This document shows, in pieces, positions 1-12,900 of a stretch of DNA of 47,138 nt. The stretch's first letter is position 1, and the number at the start of each line of letters is the position of its first letter. The position numbers were made by a program, and so were the translations under genes. Below the pieces are notes generated by a model, which was given only the letters and a program-made list of their open reading frames with translations, had not been told where the DNA came from and made no database searches. The DNA is from Cercozoa sp. M6MM (Eukaryota > Protista > Endomyxa: Ascetosporea): assembly GCA_040357565.1 (NCBI GenBank), contig JBDODJ010000083.1; one strand, written 5' to 3'.

Positions 1-39
<39 letters not shown>

Positions 40-1065
40 GCCCGCCCGCCAAACAGACTACCTGCCAGGATGTGCACAGAATTCCTCGCCGGTGGCAGCG
101 ACTGCACCAAACCGGGTAGGGGGAGGGGGTATAAGGGGGTAGGGGGGTCGGGTAGGGGAGTAAAAAGGCTGGAGGAACAGGGACTACCTCGCTATTGACG
201 GTGAGATCAATGTCACTCGTCGGCAGAAACATGCCAGTTGAGAAGGAGCCGAAAACGCGCACCTCCGCCTATCCAAAAAAGGTGCTTGTAGCCTTAAACA
301 AAACGGTGCAGCCCCCTAACAAAAGAAGGAAACCGTACCCGCGGAAACACCTGCAGAATGCACTCGCGAAAGCGCTCGACGGCTTCGGAACGACTCGTTT
401 GCGCTCCTTTCGATGGCTGCATAGCACACAATGGAGGATACAAATGGAACGGTCCAAATGGACCAAGTACACTCTGGGCAAAGCGATACCGCCACAAAAT
501 TCACGAATTCTTGAATTTCGGCGTGTAACCGACGCGCGAACGGGTACTTCGACCACCGCTGCAGTCGTGTTTTCGGCTTTCGTTTCTACCACAATTGACA
601 GAATCAGCCATAGATTAGATGAAAGCTCATGGAACACGCATTCTCAATTCACACATGGAAGTTGAAACAACTGAGCGGAATTTCGAGTTGAGACACACAG
701 AAAAACAAGCAAATAAGATACGCTATTGTTGGAGGGATAGATGGCATCTTGATGCGCTTTCGTGTCAGGTCTCTGGACCTACAGCAAGGAACACTAACTA
801 CAGAGGCAGAACTGGAAAGATGACTGGTTACCTCCGAAGTGTACTCAAGTCGCAGCACGTCCCATGGTAACAATTCCACACTGTCATCCCCGGGAAACAG
901 GCCCTCGCACAACTGTCCACAGGTAGCGCGATATGGAAGGAAAAGGGGACACAACAGGCAATCCCAATGTGAAAAAGATGAGAAAAAAAAACGAGGGGGG
1001 AATTCTATCATGAGGATTACCCGTGGTGACGGCGACGAGGCATTGCGCGCCCGTGTCACGGACAT
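1..1065 (-). CDS. TRF4: Non-canonical poly(A) polymerase, TRF4/PAPD5-7 (TENT4) family; 5' part, runs off the left edge
   Basis: Spliced minus-strand exons at about 540-190 give RRLHAEIQEFVNFVA-PSKGAQTSRSEAVERFRECILQVFPR-AEVRVFGSFSTGMFLPTSDIDLTV. This is the LHxEIxxF and GS..TG..LP.SDIDL nucleotidyltransferase signature of TRF4/PAPD5. The start codon at 1065 is tentative. Confidence 0.85.
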
Positions 1066-1278
1066 CTGTGCACTGCGCTCGCGTGCTGTCAAAACCTTGT
1101 CTCGCTTCGGTCGCTAGACGTCAGATTTCGGCCCTGGACACACTCTTAACCGGGTCTTGAGTCCCACTGAGTCCAGAGCGGTCTAAACAGCTTAAGAATT
1201 TCCGATACAAATTCCCAGCGCTCCACAAAGATGGAATGTGGAACTCGTGCTTGTTGAAACGCGAGGACGTGTGCGCGC

Positions 1279-3078
1279 ATGGCTGCAAAGCTAGAATTAC
1301 TGTTTGCGCTCTCTAGCGGCGGTGGCATTGACATCTGGGATCTCCACACTGGCGCGTATGTGAGATCAATCGAGGTGCCGCTGCGCCACTTTGGTACTTT
1401 GGACCTGACCTGACGGAGTGCATGCGGGTCAGATTAGACTAGAGCTTGTTTGGCACAGCGTTGCGAGGAGATGCGCATTTGATCGGCGTGGCGAGCGACA
1501 AGCCAACGCTGCTGCAGGTGTGTGTGCTGTATCCTCCCTCCGAACTGAACTGCTGATATGGAATCGTGCCACTGTGTGTGTGTAGTTACCGTGGCGTCGT
1601 GCCAGAGGCAAAAAGACGCCGACAGAGGTGTCACCCATCGCAACGCGCGCACGGAGGATCGCCGTGTCGCACAGTGCCGAGTTCGTCGTGGTTGGCGATC
1701 ACAACGGTACACATGTCGGTTAATTGATCGGTTTATTATAAATCACCTCTGAGTGTACAGGCGAACTGCTGTTTTTCGACGGTGTCAGCGGCGGTCTGCT
1801 GCGCACGGTGCAGGCGCATTTCGGCGCAGTGACGGACGTGCGGTTCGTGGCCAACGACGCCGCTGTGCTGAGCAGTGCACAGGACGGCAGCGTCAAGTGT
1901 CACCTGCTGGCTGACCTGCTGCACCGGGAGACTTGCGAGCCCTTTGCGCAGTTTTCGCTCGGTCATGTGCGTTTTGTTCGTGCTGTTTCCTGAGTTGTTT
2001 CTGAGTGGTTTGCTGAGTGAGTGAGTGCGTCGATATAAGGGTCGATTTAAGGGTCGTTTTAAGGGTCGATTTAAGGGTTGATTTATGGGTCGATATAAAG
2101 GGTGTCTGAGAACAGGCAGTACACGCACTTGCTACACACAACACGACAATGTCGGCGCCTGCCTTCGCGTGCTGTGCCGACGGCATCGTGCGCCGGTTGC
2201 ACCTGCCGTCGGCGCAGCTCGTGAGTGCCTTCGCGTGCGGCAGCGTGCCGACGTGTGCTTCGCTGTGCCCGTCGGGTGAGACGCTGCTGCTTGGCACCGA
2301 CAAGGGCGCGCTGGTGCGCATCGATCTCGTGGCCGCCTCGCCCGTGTCGGTGCAGCTGCACGGTACCGTGAGTGCCGGCGACAGCCACAAGGGCCACACG
2401 GCGCCGGTCTCCTCCATATGTCACAACACGGACGGTGTGTCTGCCCTTTTACTCTTTGTCGCCGCTGTGTGTACTGTTTCTACTGGATGTCGACTTGTTA
2501 CAAAGGCTCGCTCTGCGTGACGGCCGGCATGGACGGCACAGCACGTGTGTGGAACCTCCAGGCCACTCAGCCACAGTGCGTGCGCGTGCTGGCTCGGCAA
2601 CGTGCGCACTACGCACAAGTTCGCGCCGTGTGTGACATTGCCGGACTCAATGACGCTGTGTGGGTACGCCTTGTCTTTTTTTTTTCTGAGTTGTCCATGT
2701 GTTGTTCTGTATCTCTTTGGAACCTGGGCTTGGTACCGGTGACCTTGTGTGCAGGAGCATTGGACGCCCCCTGCGCTAAGACGCACGCACTGCACGCAGA
2801 CGATGCAGCAGGCGTTGCCGCTCCGTGTGCCGCACTGCACGAGCGACGACTTTGTGTGGGACGAGGATGACGACGAGTGCGACGAGCAGCACTCGTTCAC
2901 ACTCACCGACTACGCCGTGCACAGGACACAGTCGCTCAACGAGCGAAACGACACACAGGCCGAACTGCAGCAGCTGCGGCAACAGGTCGCGCAGCTTCGC
3001 GACGACAAGGAAAAGGCCGAACGACTCGCAAACCGACTGCACGCCTTCTGTGCGCAGCAGCTTTTGCAGCAGCGGTAG
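1279..3078 (+). CDS. WDR18: WD40 protein, WDR18/IPI3 (Rix1 complex, pre-rRNA processing)
   Basis: Spliced product MAAKLELLFALSSGGGIDIWDLHTGA...GELLFFDGVSGGLLRTVQAHFGAVTDVRFVANDAAVLSSAQDGSVKCHLLADLL...GHTAPVSSICHNTDGSLCVTAGMDGTARVWN... ends in a coiled coil (ELQQLRQQVAQLRDDKEKAERLANRLHAFC). This layout is typical of WDR18/Ipi3. Confidence 0.75.
2029..2102. repeat. Intronic 12-bp minisatellite (GTCGATTTAAGG)x~6
   Basis: Degenerate tandem units gtcgatataagg, gtcgatttaagg and gtcgttttaagg inside a WDR18 intron. Confidence 0.85.
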
Positions 3079-3354
3079 TCGATTTTACGTTAGTTGCTTA
3101 GATACTTCAGTCTTCGAAGGACGGAACCTTGATCATGAAGTTTATTTAACGATTTAAAAAAACGACAACACCCAAGACCCAATAAAGACCAACGAAGACC
3201 AGCCAACATTTAAAAAAACGAATCGCGGCATTTCGCTGTAATTAGAGTCGTTCTGGCACGCATAGCGACGTCTAGGCTGCGTAAAATTACCTGGGACTAT
3301 GTTTATCTTTTCTAAATCACTTTCTTTGTTGCGTTCTGCAGACACAGCGATCGA

Positions 3355-4096
3355 ATGCCAGCTGTCTGGCAAGCGGCCCTAGTGTTGCTGCTTGCCTGGC
3401 TGTCTTCAGTTCGAGCCTTCGATCCTTGCGAATTCTATGTACGGATGTTCGCAAAATACGCTGTCTTAGTTAGATGCATGCGACCAGTTCGGATTGAAAT
3501 TATTCCTCGATAGTCGGCGGTGCGGTTATCGGAACTGGTGTCCAATGCTACGCTTGCCTGTGATGTCATCACGGTGGCTTGGAAACCTCTCATCATTGAC
3601 AGTAGGTTTTCTTGTTCGGTGCGGTTCGGGTGTGTCCTTATCAATCAGTACCGTGTCTCTGCACTCCAGACTCCACAAACGTGTATTTGCTACACTCGCG
3701 CCGTTTCGTCGTCAGGCATGCGGAATTGTACAGTTTTGTACTCCCTTGATCTTTCCTTCTTTGGCTCGACTCGAGTGTGCAAATCTGCAGAAGGATCGAA
3801 ACAAGCGGGCTCATCGACTTGACCAATCTGTATGTTACATGCCTGGCTTCATGGGATCGATGCATACTGGTTGTTTTTGAGGCAGCCGGCTGTCGGGACA
3901 GCTGCGCCAATTCACCTTTCGTACCAACACTTTCTGTTACTTTTCCAGCTCGCTGTGAAACACTGTTCTCTTTTTTGTTTCGGCAGAACCTGATGGCGAT
4001 GTTGAAGTGCGTTTCGGTACCAACGTGCGTCCGTACTCAATGGCCGACCTGCATTTCGTGCCTTCGTATGTCCTACCAGTCTACCCTGGTGTGTGT

Positions 4097-4148
<52 letters not shown>

Positions 4149-4158
4149 NNNNNNNNNN

Positions 4159-4212
<54 letters not shown>

Positions 4213-6798
4213 TGTGTGTGATGTTTAGGGCACCGAGCAACATCACAGTGGCGGGCATGGTACCTCTTCGTCTGCTGCCAAAGCTGCGCGTCAACGGAAG
4301 TTTGACTGCACTCGATGTCGATCTGTCTGCGGTGGAGGTATCGAACAGCTCGCATTCGCAGAAATGAATTTTATTTCTGTATTTGCGACTCGTTGCACAG
4401 GCGGTCGGAATTCTGCGATTGGACACGCAAAAGATGGTAGAAACTTCCATCACTCTCTCATGTCTGTTCATTTCTCTCTTCCCTGGCAGCCCGTCACGTC
4501 GGGGAGTTATCTCCACTTGCCCAACGCAAGAGTGGTCGAGGAATTGGATGTCGAGCACTGGACTGCGATTGAGTACCCGCGTCTTTTTCGCATTGCTATT
4601 ATTGATTTCTACCCTCCATTTGCAGAAACAAACCGATCCTGCCGTCGACTTGCGTGGGTATTTCTTAAAACTCGCGTTTCATTTATTAACTCTTGTACAT
4701 CTTTGTATCTCCAGTGATGAACAAACTGATCTGGAAGGCACCTTTGACCGTGCAACAGGTACAGTCAGTCACCATTCTTCGTGTGTTCTAATTTGCAAAA
4801 GCGATGTGCATGCGTATCCGTAGGCTCAAAAGATCACGCAGCGCTTGAGACTTGCTCCAGCGATGATTATAGTCCAAATCACTCTTGTTGAAGATACGGA
4901 AGCCGAGTTAGATGCGTACTTTTTTTTTTCGTTCCTGTTTTCTGTCCTTGATCCACCGAGAACGTGTGTTTGTGTTTCAGTTTTGCCGTCTTGGTCAACA
5001 ACCTGCTGCACGATGTCGTCGCTGTGCACGATTTGACGCTTGAGGTATGATGGGTTTTATCTGTATCTTGACCTCTCATGTTGCTCATCCACGTGCGTCC
5101 AGGCCAATGTTCAAAACACACCGGTGACAAGTTCCTTGCTGATGCCAAGGTGCCTCAGTTCTTTGACTTTGTTCCACAGCATAAGGAATGTGATGTATGT
5201 TGCAGACTGCAGTGGGCGGAACGCCTGGCGCTGCGACTTACCGCGGAGACAGCTGTGAGCGAGTGGCACGTACTGAGACCTGTGTTGTTTTGATTGTACA
5301 TACAATACCTTCCCTGTGATAACAGGTCTCGGCGCCACGTCTGGAGAGTGCGAGATATCTGGTTAGCAAAGTGACACCACTCGTGTCGCTTGAATTCTGC
5401 GCCTTGTCACAAACGTTTCCATTTGATATCGTTTCGACTTCTGTGATTGTAGATAATATGTGTATTGTTGCTTGGTTGCAGAGAGTTGTGGGAGTCAGAC
5501 AGTGCGTGTTCTAGTCAAGTCGTATCGACCTACAATGAAACCTTCCCGGGAATCTGTGCCTCCACGGTATGATTTGTTGATCTATATTTGCAAGATCCTC
5601 ATTGACTCTTTACCTCTTCCCCAATACCCTTGCACAGCTTCCAAGCGTCGAAGGACCGGCGCAGTGCGTACTATTCGACAAACAGTATGCGCCGTTCGCT
5701 GTCGGTTTTTATTGCTTTCTGCCAGGTGTCGACGTCGTTTTCGGATGCACTCGGCAACGCCGGACTGCTCGTTGATCTGATGTAAACTTCCAGTCTAGAG
5801 TGTGATTTTTTGTCTGAGTGGCATTGCTTGAGATAGTGGCACCCCGAATGTGATTGCACCTACCACATCGGTATCGAACATAGTATTTACGATTCATCAT
5901 CAAATGGCTGATTGGGTACAGCTTCGCATCACGAGCGACTGGAGCGTCGTGAACGGCTTCAACGCGCTCATAGACCTGGATCAGTACTTTCGTTTTCTGC
6001 ATGCCATGTTTCTTGCGATGATTCTGTCCGCCCAGGTTGCACACGTGCGCTGCAGGCTTCAACAAGTCGGTGTATGTCGTTCTGGGAAAAGGGTCTCGCT
6101 ACTACTGTGTTTATGTCTCAGGGTGATCTTCGGTGGCGTATTCGCTACTACCTTCACGGCCAAAGTAGAATTGCTTAGGATATGTTGCAGAATGTATCCT
6201 GTGTGTGCAGACGCTCGAATTTGGAGAGAGTTCCGTGAGCGCGTTGCTCGACAGCTTCCCCTCGTTGGGGCGGCAGGTGCCTTGATGCGTTTTTACACAT
6301 GCTTATTCTGTGCATCCGTCCTCCTCTCTCAGAGGATCTACTTCAAGAACGACCTGGATCAGGACAGCAACACTTTCGTGCTGACACCGGTATTCTTGGG
6401 ATGGTATATTTTAGGAAAGGAGATATGTGAGAGTTTGAGCGTGTGTTGCGGTAGAGCGCACGCGCGAAAATCGTGCTCCGATGCTCGAGGACGGACAAGT
6501 TCTACAACAACTCAGCCTCTGGTGCATCACTTCTTTACTTCTACGCCGTGCAGTGTGTGTGTGTGTGTGTATGTGTGGTTTGTGTTTTTAGACCCTCCGA
6601 GCTGGTTCCGTGATGGCGTCTCATCGTCACACATACTGTCAGTAACAGGTGCGCTTCTGTTGTGCACTTTCGTTCAGCTTTGGTGCTTGCCTAGTGTGGA
6701 TGTAAACGTGCGTATGTGTAGTCCGAAGCGACGAAATGAGTCCTCCCGCAGCCCCCACGACAGGTTTCTTTCGCTTTATCTACATCCTCTCAACTTCA

Positions 6799-6849
<51 letters not shown>

Positions 6850-6859
6850 NNNNNNNNNN

Positions 6860-6913
<54 letters not shown>

Positions 6914-9900
6914 TGTGTGTGTCTGTAGCTTCCCTACCACGTTTTTGGAGTTCCGAAAAGGCTGTCTTCGACTTTGTCGACGTACCACACACACTCTCCC
7001 TCCATGCATTGGGAAGAGGCACCAATGTATCTTGGTGGCCTGTGCAGTACACACCGGCGTTCTTGGGCGCCTCTCTGTTCCTGACGCACGACCACGGCCT
7101 GCGACACTCTGGTGCTTCTTTACCCCGCTGTTCCGTATGGGCTTTCAATTGGCATATGTCTGCGTAGGCATCGACTCGTGGCATCCCGATACTGTTTCGA
7201 TGGTGGACAAGGCGGATCCTGTCCTCTACGAACGCGTACTTTTGTCCTGCTAACTTTTGTACTTTGAGTAGGAAGACATGTTGTTCTGTTTGCACTCTTT
7301 CTACCTTGCAGATTCATTTGCGACTGGCACCGCCCAGTGTCTCGTTGGACTTTGACAGTTGTACCTCTTTTTTCCAGGGGGGAGAGAGAGAGAGAATGAA
7401 GAGGCATTGTTGTTGTAGTTTTTGTGCTGACGGACGAGCTGTATCAAAAAGGCGTGCGCTATTCGGTGCCTGGTAGGATCGACAGTAACCTTTCCTACGA
7501 CCTTGACTACACACGCATGTGCAGCACACCAGCTGCGCAGCATGGCGTCGTTCGAACAAGACTTACCTTTTCGTCTGAGCTTTATGACTGCCAAGGACCA
7601 CCGTATGGTGGGCCTGCCGTTCAATCTCCGTGACACTGCGCCGATGGTACTGCACGCTTTACTTTCTAAATTTCTGCCCTCCCTCGCACTATCTCCTGTC
7701 TGGTTCAGTTGTCATTTGCGTCGATCGACGCTTCAGACCGTCTAGTGGTTAATACGGCAGGCACGGTGTCTCCAGCCTACACGCTGCAGAGTGGTACGCT
7801 TGCATGAGAGGATGAAAGATGTGAATGTAATATGGTGTCATCGATCAGGTGAGAGTGTACGATACCGATACACGCTGCACGTGTCCGACGAACAGTACGT
7901 GGTGCACGAAACAAGCCCGCAAACTGCTGGTGAAACGCTCGCTGTGCCTGAGGTGAGTGTTCTTTTGACTTGTTGCTCTACTGATACACCCCCATGATAC
8001 CTAACACCGCCCACAGCTAACGTGGGCGGACATGGGCTTTGACAAACCGCTTCTGGGCGCTCTGCGACTGGACTGTACCTTATAAGCTATCATCTAAGAG
8101 TATTAGGTACAAGAGGTACACCCATGTAGGTGTTTTCAAGAACGACACACAGCAGGAGGTGCACGTGTGTCCTTTCACTGTCGTAAGTGAGGTTCTCGGG
8201 TCGGCACTGCAAGAAGGTTTCTTCCTGTTTTAATATCGGGGATATCAAGGGATACGACATTTGCAAGTAGGTATCGAGGAGTACGCGGCACGTACCTGGC
8301 CTGACTTTAGTCCAGACATTGTAGCCTAGCTCTCTGTGCCCTCTGTGTGTAGTGTATGCGTATTATTCTGATGAATAAAGGTGAGGTCGCACGGTGGCTG
8401 TGAGGACCCGTTCGATTTCGGTACACGCCGGTTCTTGTTGTCATAGCATTTGAGGTGTGTTGTTGCTGGTGCAGAACTCTTCGGACGCAAGTACTCTGAG
8501 GGTATGTACCTCTCTAGTCGTCGCACTGATACCATTGGATACCTGTCGTTCAAGCAGGTCACACGGTCATGAGTCTGGGTGACATGGAAGCTGCAGAGCG
8601 TGTGCTCACTGTCACTCTGCCTTTTTTAGTGCCTATGGTATGAAGTTTTCCTGTCTGTTCATGTAGTGTTACGCCTGTGCCTGTGGCTTAGGACTTCCGG
8701 AACATGATCGATGCAGTTGGTTACTCGCATCGCGGTATATTTAGTTGATCACCGCCTTTCTTACCTCCTGAGAGATCAAGTTTACCTTGCTGACATGTGA
8801 ACTGAGAAGGCGTCTACCTGCGCGGCCTAAATGTGACACTTGGCCTGCCGGAACAACCGTACATTGCCGTTCCCAAACCACCTGCGAATACTGGCGACGT
8901 CGTGTACTTCTTCCTTCTTCCCTTCTTTACCCTTATGCTTCTCTTTGTCTCATGTGGACCACTGGTATGTAGCTGGGTTTCGCAACTCCAACTGCGGATG
9001 GCGCTGCTTCCACAGTACTTTGTGACCAAGGTACTACCCCTCCCATTGCTCAGTTTTCGTGGTAAATCTATGATGTGCACTGCAGGAGATGCGACCGGTG
9101 ATGGTGCTGGGCAAGCGTAGTGCCACTTGGCGCACCATGTGTGCTCCTGGGGTAATGTTTAGTCTCGCTGATGCACTTATCCCGTTGGTTACTCACGGCT
9201 AATTCGGTGTACACAGGACGAAAGCACTGCCTTCCGCATGACCTACTTTGTAAAGCGACACGTTATGCGATAGTGGAATGTGTATGTGTGTTGTTGTAGC
9301 CGAACGGAATCAAAACCAACGTGCTGACGTTGTACTCGAGTGGACCTCTGCCGGATGCCGCTGCCCGTCCTGTAGTGCCTCTGTTGCAATATATCTCATC
9401 TCCTCTTGTCTGGTATTTTAGCCCTGTGGTCCGGTTGCAGTTATCAAGACGGCCATTTGGTGGCTCTCCTCGCCACAGACGTCTGTAGGCCGCTCTTCTT
9501 GTCTGTACTTGCTTTGTGGAAAGCTTCTGACCGGTGTGATTGTGATCAGACCGCCGAGTTCGCGTGTTGGCTTCGAGATCATCGCACCGTCGCTGCGATC
9601 CAGCTGGCTCAACTTGGTATGCGACGAGTATCTTAAGGACTGGACACACACCAACCCTCTCCTGTGCAGCACATACAAGGCCTGAAAGATGACTCCGATG
9701 GTGTCGTTCGCCTCTTCAGTCTTGTTCCGTGCGATGGGTAGATTGACACACATCTTTTGTCAAAAATGGAATTGCTGGGCTTTGAATGGAGAGCTTGTAG
9801 TCTGTGCGACGACGTGTGGGAACGCCGATTCGTACCTAAGGACTTATTAAGTGTGATGAAGTCGATCGGTGGCCCATATGTTGTTTGTATTTCCCAGGTG

Positions 9901-12900
9901 ACCGACATGTCGCCGTTAGATTCACAGAGTGGACCACGTACGGTGGCAGCGTTTGCCGACGGTCTGACTCTGAAGGTCACCATGAACAATGACGGTTTCT
10001 TCAACAGTGCCACGGCAGATGTGGTCGCCAACACGAGCTATGCTTCCTGGCCTCAGCTATTTGTACTTGCCCCCCCTATACTGTTCATTGTATTGTTGGG
10101 TATTGTGCTTTGTGGCTTTAGGGCCTTCATGCACAGTACGCGAACTCGGTACTGTTTGCGGAAGGAGGATGGGAAGGGGGTATATGACTATTGCTCTGCA
10201 CAGTACCCATTCGCGATAACGGCGGCACGCACGGCGAATCGCGTCTTTACCGAAGGCTGCGTCGACGACGAGGTGCCGCAGCTGTGTGGTCGGTATGAGA
10301 CGCCTGGAGTGGGAACTCTCGAGTGGCACTGCCTTGTCGTCAGCAAGTGTCCCGTCGATACACGACCTTCCCGTGATTGGTACTCTGTGCTCTAATAAAC
10401 TATAGTATATTAATAGTGTATGTATGTATATGCGTCTATAGGCTTGTCCTGGCTGGTGCGGGATTGGACGCGCTGCGACATCCAGACATTCGAGTACATA
10501 CATTCGTCATATCATTGTCTAATAGGAGAGGGTCGAGAGTAACCCTACCCTGGGCAGGTCATGGCTACCGTCAAGGATCGCCGCGTGCTGCAAGGCGGTA
10601 CCTGCAACTCTGAGAAATGAAAGGCGTGGCTACTATGTCACATGAGAGAAGAGAGGTATGGTACGATACTGTAGATGAGGCTGACTGGGAGAAGTTCGAG
10701 TCAGCGCTGCCGTCGTCAAATCGTCAGTTTGGTCTGCAACTGGTCGACTTGAACAACGAGACCGACATCGACGCGCTTGTCGGTATTGCTACTTTTTATT
10801 AAAGATACGATGGGTTCCTTCTGAATTAAGTGTGCTGCCCACAGATATGACGGACGATGTGAAACTCACGCTGAAACAGATGGACATTGACACGCACTTT
10901 GGCCACGGCGACCTCATTGACATCGACTCGTGTAGCACTCGTCTTTTCTTTCTTCCATTTGTACCTGTATGCTTCTGTGTGTCTGTGCAGCAACGGTACT
11001 AGTGCTACCGGTACCCGAGGGACTGGCGCAGTTCAACCTGGAAGTGGGCGCACGTGCTGTCTTGCTAAGCTACGACTTGTACTTCCCAGACAGGTACATG
11101 CACACATTGGTTCGTACTGACTTGAATGTGTCCTGAATGTGTCCTGTGTGTCGTAGGACGTTTGTGAACTACCCTGTGCCTGACCCATCGTAACATACAC
11201 GAATGCTAACAAAAGAACCTGATACATACATTGTTATTGTTGTTGAAACAGACACGCGACGATCATTGGTTTTCAGGTAGACAGAGTTTCTATGTTTCTT
11301 GTGTTATATTCTCTCTGTGGAAAACAGTCCTTTGCTCTGCCGATCGATGAGTCGAAACGGCTTTTCCCGGTACACTAGGCTTTGTGGGTTCGGGGGGGGG
11401 GGGGGTAAATAGGTATGTGCCCTTGCAGTTGGTGTCGTACAATGGCGCCTTCTTCGTGCAACTCAAACAGGTAGTTCTGGTGCTTTTAAGTTTATGCAGC
11501 GTTGTCTACTTTTGGATTGACAGATCGGGAATCCGCAAGTTGGTGGCAACTGCGAGGTGCGTGTTCTTCCTAGTAGAAAATACATGAAAGGGTGTGTGTT
11601 GCACTTGTACAGTTGTTGGGCAACGTGGTGCAAGGCTGTTCTCGATTTGGTATTGGTGTTGTTGTTTGTATGAAACGACTTCTTTTGATTGGTGTTGCAC
11701 ACCCATACCACCAGGCAAGAACCGACTGCAGCTGATGGCTTTCAATTTGGAGACGGAGGCATTTGCGTACGGTGTGCGACTCGTGCTGCAGGGCCAGGTA
11801 ACTCTCATTCCATTCAGTAAGTTTAACTGACCGGGAACTTAACTTTGATGGTTGCTGCAGTACAAGTACTCAAGTGGCAACGTTACGGTACACTCGGACA
11901 GTGCTTAAAGGGGAAAGGACTCATGTGTTTGTGCCGACTGTGTAGATTGGGATGGGTCTGGCCGACTCGCAGACGATCGAATTCGACCTGCCATCTGTTC
12001 CACAGTATTCTCACTTAGGTAATCTTTGTTTCACTCTTTTAGTTCTGCTTTTTACTTCAGGTACATTGAGGGCACGGACTCGTTCGAACTGCACGTGCTA
12101 TCGCTGCGAATCAACGAGTCGTATGCTGCCTGTATAGCTAGATTCTTACCTCGCCTTGATTCATGTGTACTGGTAGACACCCGCACCTGTGGAACACGTC
12201 GCTTCCGGTCAATATACCAACTGGCTTCCGCGTGCAGTACCGTGTCTTCTTTTCTCTCTCTTTGTGCACTATATCCGTCCACCGCTTGTAGCTACCGTGC
12301 ATGTCCGACGCACTTTGAACCGTCCGCGACTGAGGTAAATTTAGCAGTGTATTCCTCCCCTGCGTTCCTATACTACGATATGCCTCTGTGCAGTACCCGG
12401 AGTGTGTCGAGTGCGTCAATGGTGCCGTGTCAACCGGTGGCTACGCATGCGTGTACTGCCATCCTTTAGTTGTGAACTGTACATGTACAGTTGTACTGTG
12501 TCTCTTGGGAGTAGCGACTGCGAGGCAGGCACATATGCAGCAGTGCGATACGATGACACGCAGTCGCAGGTCACCCGGAGTGAGTGCATTCCGTGCGACC
12601 CGTTTACTTTCACCGACCTGAGTGGAATGGTACCCACTGCCTTGTGTTTCGAGAAACTTCCCTTCTTATTATATTTCCATCATTGCGTAAACAGTCGCAA
12701 TGCAACAAGTGCTACGGCTACAACACCATTCGGGTAACCCAGTGCAGACTAGTCTTCTCTTGATCGACTGGTTTCCCTGAATTGACCAGGTCACGGGCGA
12801 CGGCAAGTACGAACCTGTCTCAGCTCTGGCGACATGTCAGGAGTGTCCGCGCGGACAGTACTCGCCTCGTGCACATGGTGCTGTCCTCGGACCTTGTTTG

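Noticed and set aside
1-37. Poly-C run at the window start as a telomere
   Set aside because: It is a homopolymer within a TRF4 intron, like other intronic C/G tracts, not a telomeric repeat array.
3777-7295. Long ORFs rich in CVCVCV or THTHTH (e.g. 5850-7253, 467 aa)
   Set aside because: They read through introns and (GT)n/(CA)n microsatellites containing N gaps, so they are not real proteins.
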